A stretch of 64,000 bases of DNA, from IMG/VR virus record IMGVR_UViG_3300009173_000010, positions 8,807 to 72,806 of that record; one strand, 5' to 3'. The DNA is from a virus. Both the position numbers and the translations under genes were made by a program. Positions within the stretch are counted from its first letter, which is position 1. The number at the start of each line of letters is the position of its first letter. The notes beneath the pieces were generated by a model that saw only the letters and a program-made list of their open reading frames with translations, had not been told where the DNA came from and made no database searches. Shown piece by piece: positions 9,759 to 19,639 of this stretch.

Positions 9759-12700
9759 ATGTTTAACTTGAACGATAGATATATCGTTTCGAGTGGTGAA
9801 TTTGTTCTGTCAGGTGTACAAGCAATTGTAAAATTGTCCCTTCTTCAAAAAGAACTTGATAAGAAGAATGGGTTAAATACTGCCGGTTATGTAACAGGAT
9901 ACAGAGGATCGCCGCTCGGAACAGTAGATAAGGAGTTTCTCGCCCAGAGAGACCTTTTAACTAAAAACAACATTACTTTTCATCCTAGCATTAACGAAGA
10001 TATTGCAGTTGCAACATTGCAAGGTACACAGCAATTAGGCATTGTATCCAAGGCTACTGTTGACGGCGTATTTGGATTCTGGTATGGCAAAGGCCCGGGT
10101 GTTGATAGATCCGGAGATCAATTTAAGCATACAAGTTTTTTTGGTACTTCGCAATATGGTGGCTGTTTAGCATTTGCTGGTGACGATCATTCAAACAAAA
10201 GTTCTACTATCCCCCACGAGACTGGCCCCACGTTTAAAACGTGGCGTATACCCGTTATAACGCCCGCTACAGTGGAGGATGTTATCCGGCTGGGTCTAAT
10301 GGGTATCGCTATGAGTCGATACAGTGGATTATGGTCTAGTATGAAGATTATTTCTAACTTAGCAGATGCGTATCAAACTGTTAGTATTAATTTAGATAGT
10401 TGGAAGCCAAATATCCCTAATAATCCTCCAGTGGTGTTTGATGTTCATGCACGGTGGCCTGATTTAGGTGTTGAGCAAGAAGCACGTATTACAGAACAAA
10501 AACTTCCTGCATTGCAAGAATTTATGCGGTATAATATGTTTGATAGTTATAACTTGCCAAAAGAAACGCATATGCGATTTAGTAGTGATAATCGCGTTGG
10601 CATTGTTGCTGTCGGAAAAAGTTATGTTGATACGTTAACTGCAATGCAAAAACTTGGAATTACAACAGATGATGTTGGTTTATATAAAGTTGGAATAGCC
10701 TGGCCATTGCACGAAGAACACCTCATAAATTTTTGTACATCATATCATGATATTCTTGTTGTCGAAGAAAAATCTGGATTAGTTGAAGATCAATTGTATA
10801 AACTTTTATATAATAAACAACATAAGTGTAATTCTAGTAGAGATCAAATAAAAATACATGGTAAGAATTTATTACCGCAAAATTTAGATTTTGATGCATA
10901 TGAAATAGCAAAAGCATTACAAGAATTATTTGATAAAACCGGCGGTGTTTGGGGTTGGGGTATTGGAAATGCTGACGGCGGCAAGAAAGCATTAGACGTA
11001 AAACTAGACGATAGTTACGAATCAGTAGAAAAAAGAGAACCGCATTTTTGTAGTGGTTGCCCACACAATTCAAGTACAGTATTACCAGAAGGTAGCAAAG
11101 CATTAATAGGCATTGGTTGTCATTATATGACAGCGTGGATGCCTGACAGGCCAAGTGTTACGTTAATGCCTATGGGCGGCGAAGGCGCAAACTGGATTGC
11201 GGCACAACATTATCAAGAAGCCAAACACGTATTTGTAAACTTAGGTGACGGTACATATTTTCATAGTGGATTGTTAGCAATTAGAGCAAGCGTTGCCGCT
11301 GATAGTACTATTACATATAAAATATTATATAATGATGCAGTAGCAATGACAGGCGGCCAGCCAATAGATGGTGACCTCTCGGTAGCACGTATATGTGAAC
11401 AAGTAATGGCAGAAGGGGTTAAAGACGTAGCAGTAGTTACAGTCGATGGTTATGCTAATGAAATTTTGCCGCGCGGAGTTACATTACATTCAAAAGACGA
11501 ATATATACAGTTGCAAAAAAGTTATACAAAAATTAAAGGCACTAGTGTAATAGTATTTGATCAACAATGTGCTACAGAAAAAAGAAGAAAACGAAAACGA
11601 GGCTTACAACCACTAGCAGAAGAATTTGTATGGATTAATTCAGCAGTATGTGAGAACTGTGGTGACTGTTCAACACAATCAAATTGTCTAAGTATAATTC
11701 CAACAGAAACTAAATTAGGAACAAAACGACAAATAGATTATGATAACTGTAACTATTCTTACGATTGCTTAGAAGGATTCTGTCCTTCGTTTGCTACAAT
11801 TAAAGGACGTAAACCAGCAGTAGAACTTGTTAAACCAAAGTTCCCAAAGTTAGTTAATTATTTGCATCCAAAAATTTCAAAGCCGGAACGTTATAATATA
11901 CTTGTTGCTGGTATCGGCGGCACTGGCGTTATTAGCACTAGTCAAATGATGTGTGTTGCCTCACATATCGATGGCATAAAAGTTATCTCAACAGATCAGA
12001 CCGGGTTAGCACAAAAGTACGGAGCAGTAACATCTACAATTAGTTTAGGAGAGAAAGCATTTGGCAGAATGTTTCCAAAATCCTGTGATGTAGTAATAGG
12101 CATAGATCCACAAGTTACAGCAATGGAAGATTCAATGCGTTTTATTGGGCCGAATACAACAGTTATTCTTAATAAAAGTTTGGCGGCCAATGCTGAGATA
12201 ATAAGAAATAGAGATTGGAAGTTAGAACTTGATGATATTGTTAATGTATTAAAAACACAATGTAAGGAAGTAATTATTATAGATGCTTCTAATTACGCTA
12301 AAAAAATAACTGGTAATGCTGTAATGGTTAATATGTTGATGCTTGGTTACGCATATGAAAAATGCTTGTTACCATATAGTGAAAAAGCAATGATAAAAGC
12401 AATTGAAGCAAACGGTGTCGCAGTAGATAGTAATAAAAATGCGTGGATGATTGGCAGGCAATCTGCTACAGTCGAAGGCCATGGCGCAATTGAACGTTCT
12501 TTGAATCCAGAGGTAAAAGATACTTTTTATAGTGCAATGTATCATAGGCACGAATTGTTAAAGAAATATCAAGACGAAGAATATGCTAACATTTATTTAG
12601 ACATAGTTACGAGAGCAAAGTTAAAAGAAGATTTCTTAAATTCAGGCACTCACAGTCATTTTAATACAGAATTTTCCGAAGCAGTAATGCGTAATTTATA

Positions 12701-13112
12701 CAAGTTAATGGCATACAAAGATGAATATGAAGTAGCCCGTATTTGGAGTGCAACACCTGAAATTAACAAATATAAAACAATTAAATTTCATATGTGCTTG
12801 CCTTGGAATCGAAAGTCACAAAAGAAAACAAGAATAGGCACGTGGGCAAAATATGTATTTGCTGTATTACAACATGGTAAAAAACTTAGAGGTAAAATAT
12901 ATGATCCTCTTGGATTTACATATGAACGAAGGCTGGAAAGAAAAATAAGAGATTGCTATATTTTGTTGGTTGAAGAGTGGATCAAAAATATTAAGACGGA
13001 TAACTATAGTAATACAGAAAGACTAGCAAAACTCCCTGATAACATTAGAGGATATGGACATATTAAGTTAGCAAGTATTTGTAATTGTGAATTATTTAAG
13101 GACGTAATATGA
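9759..13112 (+). CDS. ior: Fused indolepyruvate:ferredoxin oxidoreductase (IorAB-type, TPP and 4Fe-4S)
   Basis: GYRGSPLG; WYGKGPGVDRSGD; PHFCSGCPHN; TPP motif GDGTYFHSG...YNDAVAMTGGQ; ferredoxin CENCGDC...CLEGFCP; beta-subunit GIGGTGV and DQTGLAQK; C-terminal KLMAYKDEYEVAR. Confidence 0.93.
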   Translation: MFNLNDRYIVSSGEFVLSGVQAIVKLSLLQKELDKKNGLNTAGYVTGYRGSPLGTVDKEFLAQRDLLTKNNITFHPSINEDIAVATLQGTQQLGIVSKATVDGVFGFWYGKGPGVDRSGDQFKHTSFFGTSQYGGCLAFAGDDHSNKSSTIPHETGPTFKTWRIPVITPATVEDVIRLGLMGIAMSRYSGLWSSMKIISNLADAYQTVSINLDSWKPNIPNNPPVVFDVHARWPDLGVEQEARITEQKLPALQEFMRYNMFDSYNLPKETHMRFSSDNRVGIVAVGKSYVDTLTAMQKLGITTDDVGLYKVGIAWPLHEEHLINFCTSYHDILVVEEKSGLVEDQLYKLLYNKQHKCNSSRDQIKIHGKNLLPQNLDFDAYEIAKALQELFDKTGGVWGWGIGNADGGKKALDVKLDDSYESVEKREPHFCSGCPHNSSTVLPEGSKALIGIGCHYMTAWMPDRPSVTLMPMGGEGANWIAAQHYQEAKHVFVNLGDGTYFHSGLLAIRASVAADSTITYKILYNDAVAMTGGQPIDGDLSVARICEQVMAEGVKDVAVVTVDGYANEILPRGVTLHSKDEYIQLQKSYTKIKGTSVIVFDQQCATEKRRKRKRGLQPLAEEFVWINSAVCENCGDCSTQSNCLSIIPTETKLGTKRQIDYDNCNYSYDCLEGFCPSFATIKGRKPAVELVKPKFPKLVNYLHPKISKPERYNILVAGIGGTGVISTSQMMCVASHIDGIKVISTDQTGLAQKYGAVTSTISLGEKAFGRMFPKSCDVVIGIDPQVTAMEDSMRFIGPNTTVILNKSLAANAEIIRNRDWKLELDDIVNVLKTQCKEVIIIDASNYAKKITGNAVMVNMLMLGYAYEKCLLPYSEKAMIKAIEANGVAVDSNKNAWMIGRQSATVEGHGAIERSLNPEVKDTFYSAMYHRHELLKKYQDEEYANIYLDIVTRAKLKEDFLNSGTHSHFNTEFSEAVMRNLYKLMAYKDEYEVARIWSATPEINKYKTIKFHMCLPWNRKSQKKTRIGTWAKYVFAVLQHGKKLRGKIYDPLGFTYERRLERKIRDCYILLVEEWIKNIKTDNYSNTERLAKLPDNIRGYGHIKLASICNCELFKDVI

Positions 13113-13525
13113 AGTTGCAAGGATTACATCATTTTGCGTGGAAGTGCCGAAACGCAGATGAAACGATACATTTTTATTCACATATCTTAAAACTTCCACA
13201 CGTTCATACTATCGAAAAGGATCATGTTCCGAGTACAGGAGCATATGCACCTTATAAACATATTTTCTTCCAAATGGAAGATGGCAGTAATATTGCTTTT
13301 TTTGATTTAGGTGATAATAAAGGAACCACAACAGATTGTGATGATTGGGTAGTGCATTTTGCTTTTAATGTTAGTACAAAAGAAGATGTTGATAATTGGT
13401 GTCAATATTTAAAAAATAATAATATAGATGTTATAGGCCCTACTAATCATGATGATTGGATTTATAGCATTTATTTTTTCGATCCTAATGGATTGAGATT
13501 AGAGATTACAACACAGATAAACTAG
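13109..13525 (+). CDS. VOC/glyoxalase family protein
   Basis: LHHFAW..., HIFFQMEDGSNIAFF, VHFAF, YSIYFFDPNGLRLEI; ATGA overlap with the IOR gene. Confidence 0.9.
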   Translation: MKLQGLHHFAWKCRNADETIHFYSHILKLPHVHTIEKDHVPSTGAYAPYKHIFFQMEDGSNIAFFDLGDNKGTTTDCDDWVVHFAFNVSTKEDVDNWCQYLKNNNIDVIGPTNHDDWIYSIYFFDPNGLRLEITTQIN

Positions 13526-13541
13526 TATATGGAAATATTAA

Positions 13542-14300
13542 ATGACAGGCGGCCGAATAAAAGATTCAAGTAGTGTAAAAATAACACAGTTTTGTGATGG
13601 GAGCGCATATTTAATTCATGCGGAAAGAGTTCGAAAATCACGCGGAGAAGAATTACCTGAGCAATTGAGAACAGATCCGTTAATGTACCAAGGCGTTAGC
13701 GATAAATTTTTAGAATATAACGAACCAATATATCCTTATAAAGAGGCATATGGTTTAGATTTTGAAGCAGAAGTTGGTGTAATTTTAGATGATACCCCAA
13801 TGGGGGTATCTGTATCCGAAGCAACAGAATATATTAAATATGTTACAATTATTAATGACATTAGTTTGCGTAAATTAATACCTGCAGAATTAGCAAAAGG
13901 TTTTGGATTTTTACAAGGAAAACCTCATAGTTCCCTTGGATTAAAATGTATTCCTTTGCGTTTTTTAAATGGCACTTGGAAAGAACATGATGCTGTATTA
14001 GATGCAGACTTGGTTATTAATTATAATGGTGAGGAATTTGGTAGAATTAATACTGCAAATATGGATTTTAATTTTGCACAACTAATTTCACATGCGGCAA
14101 AAACTCGTCCATTGTCTTCAGGAACATTGATAGGAAGCGGCACTGTAAGCTCTCATGATCTTTCTGACGGTTATGGTTGTTTATTAGAACGCAATGTAGT
14201 TGAAAGCATTAATGAATTTATGAATCCCGGCGATACAATTAAAATGTATATAGTTGGATATGAAGATACATTAATTATAGATCAACAAGTTGCTTTCTAG
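13542..14300 (+). CDS. Fumarylacetoacetate hydrolase family protein (N-terminally shortened)
   Basis: DGSAY..H...RK.RG, DPLMYQG, DFEAEV, NDISLR, GFGFLQGKP, GTLIGSGTVS. Confidence 0.9.
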   Translation: MTGGRIKDSSSVKITQFCDGSAYLIHAERVRKSRGEELPEQLRTDPLMYQGVSDKFLEYNEPIYPYKEAYGLDFEAEVGVILDDTPMGVSVSEATEYIKYVTIINDISLRKLIPAELAKGFGFLQGKPHSSLGLKCIPLRFLNGTWKEHDAVLDADLVINYNGEEFGRINTANMDFNFAQLISHAAKTRPLSSGTLIGSGTVSSHDLSDGYGCLLERNVVESINEFMNPGDTIKMYIVGYEDTLIIDQQVAF

Positions 14301-14328
14301 GTAAATACTACTGTATAGAGGGACACAG

Positions 14329-15081
14329 ATGCCACGAAAACCTACTTTAGCACGAAATGAAGTTATTCAGCGTTTAACAACACGTCTCGGCGGCGGCATG
14401 GTTGATGTGGAATTAGATCCAGATCATTATAATGTTGCTATCGATAGAGCAATTGATCGCTATAGACAGCGATCATCTAATGCTACCGAAGAAAGCGGAA
14501 TGTTTTTAACGTTGCAACCAGACATAACAGAGTATATTCTACCAAATGAAGTATTAGAAGTACGTAAGTTATATAGACGTGCTATAGGCAGTGATTCTGG
14601 CACAGGCGCTGGAATAGATCCATTTGATATGGCATTTACAAATCTTTATATTTTGCAAGCAGGCCGCGTTGGCGGCGTCGCTTTATATGATGCATTTACT
14701 CAATACCAAGAAGTTGTAGGTAGAATTTTTGGTAGCGAAACAAATTTTATGTGGCATCCTAATACACACAAGTTAGAAATTATTCGAAGAGTAAAGAATG
14801 AAGAAAGCATTCTTTTACATGTTCATAACGAAAAACCAGAGAATGAAGTATTAAGAGATCGTAGAAGTAGATTATGGTTAGAGGATTATGCTTTGGCAAA
14901 TTGTAAAATTATGTTAGGAGAAGCAAGAGGAAAATATCAATCCTTACCTGGTGCAGCCGGCGGCGTAGCCTTAAATGGCGAGACTTTAAAACAAGAAGGC
15001 CAAGCCGAGTTAGATCGGCTCGAAATGGAAATTACTCGTTACGGAGACGGCGGCGAACCACCTACTTTTATAATCGGTTAA
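14329..15081 (+). CDS. Neck protein (T4 gp13-like)
   Basis: 'RLGGGMVDVELD', 'WLEDYALANCK..LGEARGKY..LPG..GGVALNG'; late promoter TAAATA at 14303. Confidence 0.8.
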   Translation: MPRKPTLARNEVIQRLTTRLGGGMVDVELDPDHYNVAIDRAIDRYRQRSSNATEESGMFLTLQPDITEYILPNEVLEVRKLYRRAIGSDSGTGAGIDPFDMAFTNLYILQAGRVGGVALYDAFTQYQEVVGRIFGSETNFMWHPNTHKLEIIRRVKNEESILLHVHNEKPENEVLRDRRSRLWLEDYALANCKIMLGEARGKYQSLPGAAGGVALNGETLKQEGQAELDRLEMEITRYGDGGEPPTFIIG

Positions 15082-15090
15082 GGAGTTCAA

Positions 15091-15360
15091 ATGTTACCAA
15101 CCGATTCCCGGGCCGAATGGCCCTATATAAATAAACCTCCCCAATATGGCACTATGGATGATCTGTCCACTGCTGATTTACTACAACTTGAAAAATTAAT
15201 TTTAAATACATTAAAAGGAAATACAAATAGAGGACCAACGTATGGTGAGTTTTCTATTGTAGGACTTAATGGTTGGTTAAACGAGTGTCGTAGTATTTTA
15301 CAAAAACGTAAGTATAAAAGTTCTTATAAAATATTAAAAAATATGGTGTTAACTGCTTGA
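15091..15360 (+). CDS. Hypothetical protein
   Basis: 89 aa ORF with AAGGAG RBS. Confidence 0.55.
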   Translation: MLPTDSRAEWPYINKPPQYGTMDDLSTADLLQLEKLILNTLKGNTNRGPTYGEFSIVGLNGWLNECRSILQKRKYKSSYKILKNMVLTA

Positions 15361-15385
15361 CATAGACTAAGAATAATGTTATTAT
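15357..15385 (+). promoter_or_regulatory. Sigma70-like promoter; probably leaderless transcript for dNMP kinase
   Basis: TTGACA-N17-TATTAT with extended TG; ATG 6 nt downstream, no RBS. Confidence 0.55.
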
Positions 15386-15391
15386 AATATT

Positions 15392-16081
15392 ATGATTATT
15401 GGGTTATCTGGATTAGCAGGTAGTGGTAAAGATACAGTAGCATCTTTTATTGCTGAAAAGCACGAATTTGATAGAGTAAGTTTTGCCGGCGCCTTAAAAG
15501 ATGCTACGGCCGCAGTTTTTTCCTGGCCGCGAGAATTACTTGAAGGCGACACAAATGAAAGTAGAGATTGGCGAGAACAAGTAGACACTTATTGGAGTGC
15601 AAAGTTTGGTTATGCTGTTACTCCTCGGACAATTCTTCAACAGTTTGGTACAAATGTATGCAGAGAACATTTAAATGATAATATCTGGATTTATTGTGTA
15701 GAGAAAAAATTACAAGAAAATAACAAAAATAAATTAAATACAGTAATTACAGATGTGCGGTTTCCAAATGAAATAAAAATGATTAAACAGGCCGGCGGAA
15801 AGTGTTTTCATGTTAAACGTGGCCCAGAGCCTAAATGGTGGCACTTGGCAAAGGCAGCAAATGGGTTAGAAGAAAATTTTAAAAATGATGTCATGTTCGA
15901 AGGAGATAGTGCTGTAATTTCTAATAAATTAGAGATTGAATATAATCTCCATATTAGTGAGTGGGCCTGGGTCGGGTCTTCGTTTGATAGTGTAATAAAT
16001 AATAATAGTACATTAGAGGCGTTAGATGAAAAAGTAACCAATCTATTAGCCGTTTATGATTTCTTTGGCAAGGATATATAG
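15392..16081 (+). CDS. Deoxynucleoside monophosphate kinase (T4 gp1-like)
   Basis: IIGLSGLAGSGKDT P-loop, SFAGALKD, TPRTILQQFGT, VITDVRFPNE, HISE. Confidence 0.92.
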   Translation: MIIGLSGLAGSGKDTVASFIAEKHEFDRVSFAGALKDATAAVFSWPRELLEGDTNESRDWREQVDTYWSAKFGYAVTPRTILQQFGTNVCREHLNDNIWIYCVEKKLQENNKNKLNTVITDVRFPNEIKMIKQAGGKCFHVKRGPEPKWWHLAKAANGLEENFKNDVMFEGDSAVISNKLEIEYNLHISEWAWVGSSFDSVINNNSTLEALDEKVTNLLAVYDFFGKDI

Positions 16082-16119
16082 TCAGCCAGTAATTAACGTA
16101 ATATAGAATGATGAAAGGC

Positions 16120-16142
16120 AACCGGCTATATAGTCGGTTTTA
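16120..16142 (+). terminator. Hairpin/terminator between dNMP kinase and sheath
   Basis: AACCGGCTA-TA-TAGTCGGTT followed by TT. Confidence 0.45.
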
Positions 16143-16209
16143 TAATGATTTCCAATAAATACTGTTAACAACTTATATAAGTTATTATTAAGTTTAAGGG
16201 GAAAGATAA

Positions 16210-18909
16210 ATGCCAACATTAGTATCACCGGGCGTATCGGTTAGCGTAATCGATGAGTCCTTTTACGGATCCGCTGGTTCCGGTACTATACCTTTAATTG
16301 TATTCGCAACGGCTGCCACTAAGGCACACCCAAGCGGCACAGGTACAGCAACTGGTACAACAGCGATCACAGATGAAGTAAAACTTATTACTTCACAACG
16401 AGAACTAATTCAAACATATGGCGATCCTTCCTTCAGGTCGGTTAGCGGAACACAAATTCATGCTGATAATCAGAATGAATATGGTCTATTAGCGGCACAT
16501 AGTTACCTAGGAATTGCAAACAGAGCATATATGCTTCGTGCAAATCTTGATTTAGGTCAACTAGGTGCGGCTTCGACTGCTCCAGCCGGCGCACCTGTTA
16601 ATGGTACACACTGGTTAGATTTAACAACATCTACGATGGGCGTTTTTTCTTACAATGCGGGAACAGCAACTTGGGTTGCACAAACTGCATCTAAGTTAAA
16701 CGCATCCACTGAGGTTGATGCTGGTACCGGTGCACCGTTAAATAGTATCGGCCTGGACGGAGCGTTCGCATGGGTTGCAACTGTAGGTGGCAATGCTCAT
16801 AATAGAATCTGGAACAAAGTAAGTGGTGTTTGGTATCACTTAGGTACAGATACTTGGAGAGCAGCCGCATCAAAAGACTTTCAGTTTGCCGCACATACTG
16901 CCATACCAACTGTAAAATCAACAGAAGGTGGCGGCGGTGCATTAGCAACCGGCGATGTATGGATTAAAACAACAGAATTCAATAACGGTACAAAAATGGT
17001 AGTGAAATCATATGATACATCTACCAAGAAATGGACCACAATTACTTGCCCAGTATTAGCAGATACAACCGCGGCTTGGACAAATTTTACAACTCCAGTT
17101 GCAGGTAACTTGTTTGCTAAGTACAATCACGAGCAAGGAGCACACACTTTAAAAGTTGCATCACATTCAATTTTACGATTTAATGGTAGTGCAACACTAG
17201 CAGTTACAGGTAGTGCCAATCCAGCACCAACTGCAACGCACACAATGGTAATTAATGGTACAACCGTTACGTACTCATCGAGTGCAGATTCAGCAGTTAT
17301 TAGGACGGCAGCACTTGTTAATTCGGCGGCGATCACAAATATTACCGCTAGTGTAGCAAGTAACAAACTAGTTATTACAAATACAGCAGGTAAGGACATT
17401 GTTCTTGCCGCGGGTTCAGGGACTTTGATTACTGATTTAGGTCTAACCGCAGGAACAAGTTCAAACTGGGTTGCACTCAGTTATGAGCCAAATTTAAATA
17501 CTCCAGTTGGTGCCACACCTAATGGTACATTATGGTATGATAGCAGAATTACTACAGTAGATTTGCTTGAAACATATGATAATGCAGGTGTGACAACATG
17601 GAGAACATTTAGTGGTACATTAACACCATCGGCATCAAAACCAACAACACCTTCTGCAGGTGATATATGGATTGATACAACTGACACTGAAAATTATCCA
17701 CTAATGTACAAATATAATGGTACAACATCTGTTTGGGATGTTATTGATAAGACAGACCAGACAACTAGCGAAGGTATTATATTTGGCGATTTCCGAGAAA
17801 CTGCGTCTAGTTCATTGGAATCAGACGCACCAGTGCCAGCAACATATCCAGTTGGTATGTTGGGTTGGAACTTTATGGCTTCTGGCTATAATGTTAAGAA
17901 GTATAACTCAACTACTGCTAAATGGGTTAATGAATCCGGCACCAAAACAGCAGGTGATCCATATATGGGTCGTCATGCTACTAAGAAGGTTATTGTTAGA
18001 GCACTAGCGGCCGCACTTAACTCGAACCAGGATATTAGAGCAGAAACTAGATTCTTTAATCTAATTGCTTGCCCAGGTTTCCCAGAGTTAATTGACGAAA
18101 TGAAAACCTTGCACATTGATCGTAAGGAACAAACATTCGTTATTTGCGATGTTCCGTTTAGGCTTGCATCCTCTGGTACAGCAGTACAAAATTGGGCAAC
18201 CAATGCGGCTAACGCGGCAGAGAATGGCGAAGACGCCCTACTAAGTTCAGGTCATGAACTAGGCGTATGGTATCCAGGCGGTTGCTTAGTATCAAATACT
18301 GATGGTACAAACGTTGTACAACCAGCATCTCATATTATGTTGAGACAGATGGCATACAACGATCAAGTAGCGTATCAGTGGTTTGCTCCAGCAGGTTATC
18401 AACGAGGCCTTGTGCAGAATGCAACAAGTGTTGGTTATATTAGTGCTGAACAAGAATATGTACCAGTAACACTAAACCAAGGTCAGCGTGATGTACTTTA
18501 TACAAATAAGGTTAATCCAATTGCATTTATGCCTAATAGAGGTTTAACTGTATTTGGTCAAAAGACACTTTATCCGTTAACAAGTGCATTAGATCGTATT
18601 AATGTATCTCGTTTGGTTGCTTTTTTGCGTAAGCAGTATGATGATATGGCACAGCCATTCTTATTCGAGCCAAATGATACTTACACTAGAGATCAAGTAC
18701 TAGAAGTATTCAATGGTTTTATGGCAGATCTTATTACAAAAAGAGCAGTATATGACTTCTTAGTTGTTTGTGATGATAGTAACAACACACCAACAAGGAT
18801 TGATCGTAACGAGCTTTGGATTGATGTAGCGATTCAGCCAGTTAAAGCAATTGAGTTTATTTACATTCCTGTAAGAATTAAGAATACAGGAGAGTCATTA
18901 ACTACATAA
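16210..18909 (+). CDS. Tail sheath protein (gp18-like)
   Basis: N-terminal LVSPGVSVSVIDES; C-terminal WFAPAG..RG, VNPI, FGQKT, SALDRINVSRL, FLFEPND, IQPVKAIEFIYI. Confidence 0.95.
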   Translation: MPTLVSPGVSVSVIDESFYGSAGSGTIPLIVFATAATKAHPSGTGTATGTTAITDEVKLITSQRELIQTYGDPSFRSVSGTQIHADNQNEYGLLAAHSYLGIANRAYMLRANLDLGQLGAASTAPAGAPVNGTHWLDLTTSTMGVFSYNAGTATWVAQTASKLNASTEVDAGTGAPLNSIGLDGAFAWVATVGGNAHNRIWNKVSGVWYHLGTDTWRAAASKDFQFAAHTAIPTVKSTEGGGGALATGDVWIKTTEFNNGTKMVVKSYDTSTKKWTTITCPVLADTTAAWTNFTTPVAGNLFAKYNHEQGAHTLKVASHSILRFNGSATLAVTGSANPAPTATHTMVINGTTVTYSSSADSAVIRTAALVNSAAITNITASVASNKLVITNTAGKDIVLAAGSGTLITDLGLTAGTSSNWVALSYEPNLNTPVGATPNGTLWYDSRITTVDLLETYDNAGVTTWRTFSGTLTPSASKPTTPSAGDIWIDTTDTENYPLMYKYNGTTSVWDVIDKTDQTTSEGIIFGDFRETASSSLESDAPVPATYPVGMLGWNFMASGYNVKKYNSTTAKWVNESGTKTAGDPYMGRHATKKVIVRALAAALNSNQDIRAETRFFNLIACPGFPELIDEMKTLHIDRKEQTFVICDVPFRLASSGTAVQNWATNAANAAENGEDALLSSGHELGVWYPGGCLVSNTDGTNVVQPASHIMLRQMAYNDQVAYQWFAPAGYQRGLVQNATSVGYISAEQEYVPVTLNQGQRDVLYTNKVNPIAFMPNRGLTVFGQKTLYPLTSALDRINVSRLVAFLRKQYDDMAQPFLFEPNDTYTRDQVLEVFNGFMADLITKRAVYDFLVVCDDSNNTPTRIDRNELWIDVAIQPVKAIEFIYIPVRIKNTGESLTT

Positions 18910-18928
18910 CGTAGTTATTAACACCCAT

Positions 18929-18959
18929 TAGAAAGGGGCCTTGTGCCCCTTTCTTTTTT
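18929..18959 (+). terminator. Intrinsic terminator after sheath
   Basis: AGAAAGGGGC-CTTGT-GCCCCTTTCT followed by T-tract. Confidence 0.85.
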
Positions 18960-19021
18960 GGCGGTAAATTGATAAATAACTACAGTAGACACTTATTCTA
19001 AAAGTGAGGAGATAAAATAAG

Positions 19022-19612
19022 ATGGTAACTCTTAATAAATTCGGTATTAATGTCGACGACAGCCAACGAGGTATTTTACAGCCAAAACTTAAATATAAGT
19101 TTCGCGTAGTATTCTTTAATTATGGCGGCGCCGGCGGTGGTCGAGAGTATACACAAAATGTTGTATCTGTTGATCGCCCAAAACTTTCATACGCTGAAGT
19201 TCCAATTCATTCGTATAACTCAATTGCATATGCTATGGGTAAGCACGAATGGGCAACAATGACTTGTGCAATTCGAGATGACGTTAGCAATGATGTTGTC
19301 GGCCTAACTGGTCGTCAAGTTCAGCGCCAAGTTGATCATCACAACCAAACATCGGCACTTAGTGGTGCAGATTTTAAATTTGGTATGAGAATTGACATTA
19401 TGACAGGTGCGGCAAATTCTATTCTTGAGCAGTGGACCTTAGAAGGTTGCTTCTTGCAGAATGTTGATTATGACGGCGGCGATTACTCCGCAAGTGAACC
19501 ATTGATTGTAACATTAACTGTGCGCTTTGATAATGCAACGCATTTTGGAGCAAATGGGTCCGATCAATTGACACCAGCAGGACTAACCCAACAGAATACG
19601 GGCACGGCATAA
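19022..19612 (+). CDS. Tail tube protein (gp19-like)
   Basis: 'PKLKYKFRV', 'RPKL', 'GKHEW', 'EQWTLEGCF', 'LTVRFD'; follows sheath; late promoter at ~18973. Confidence 0.88.
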   Translation: MVTLNKFGINVDDSQRGILQPKLKYKFRVVFFNYGGAGGGREYTQNVVSVDRPKLSYAEVPIHSYNSIAYAMGKHEWATMTCAIRDDVSNDVVGLTGRQVQRQVDHHNQTSALSGADFKFGMRIDIMTGAANSILEQWTLEGCFLQNVDYDGGDYSASEPLIVTLTVRFDNATHFGANGSDQLTPAGLTQQNTGTA

Positions 19613-19639
19613 TATTAATATTCGGAGGCATACAACCTA

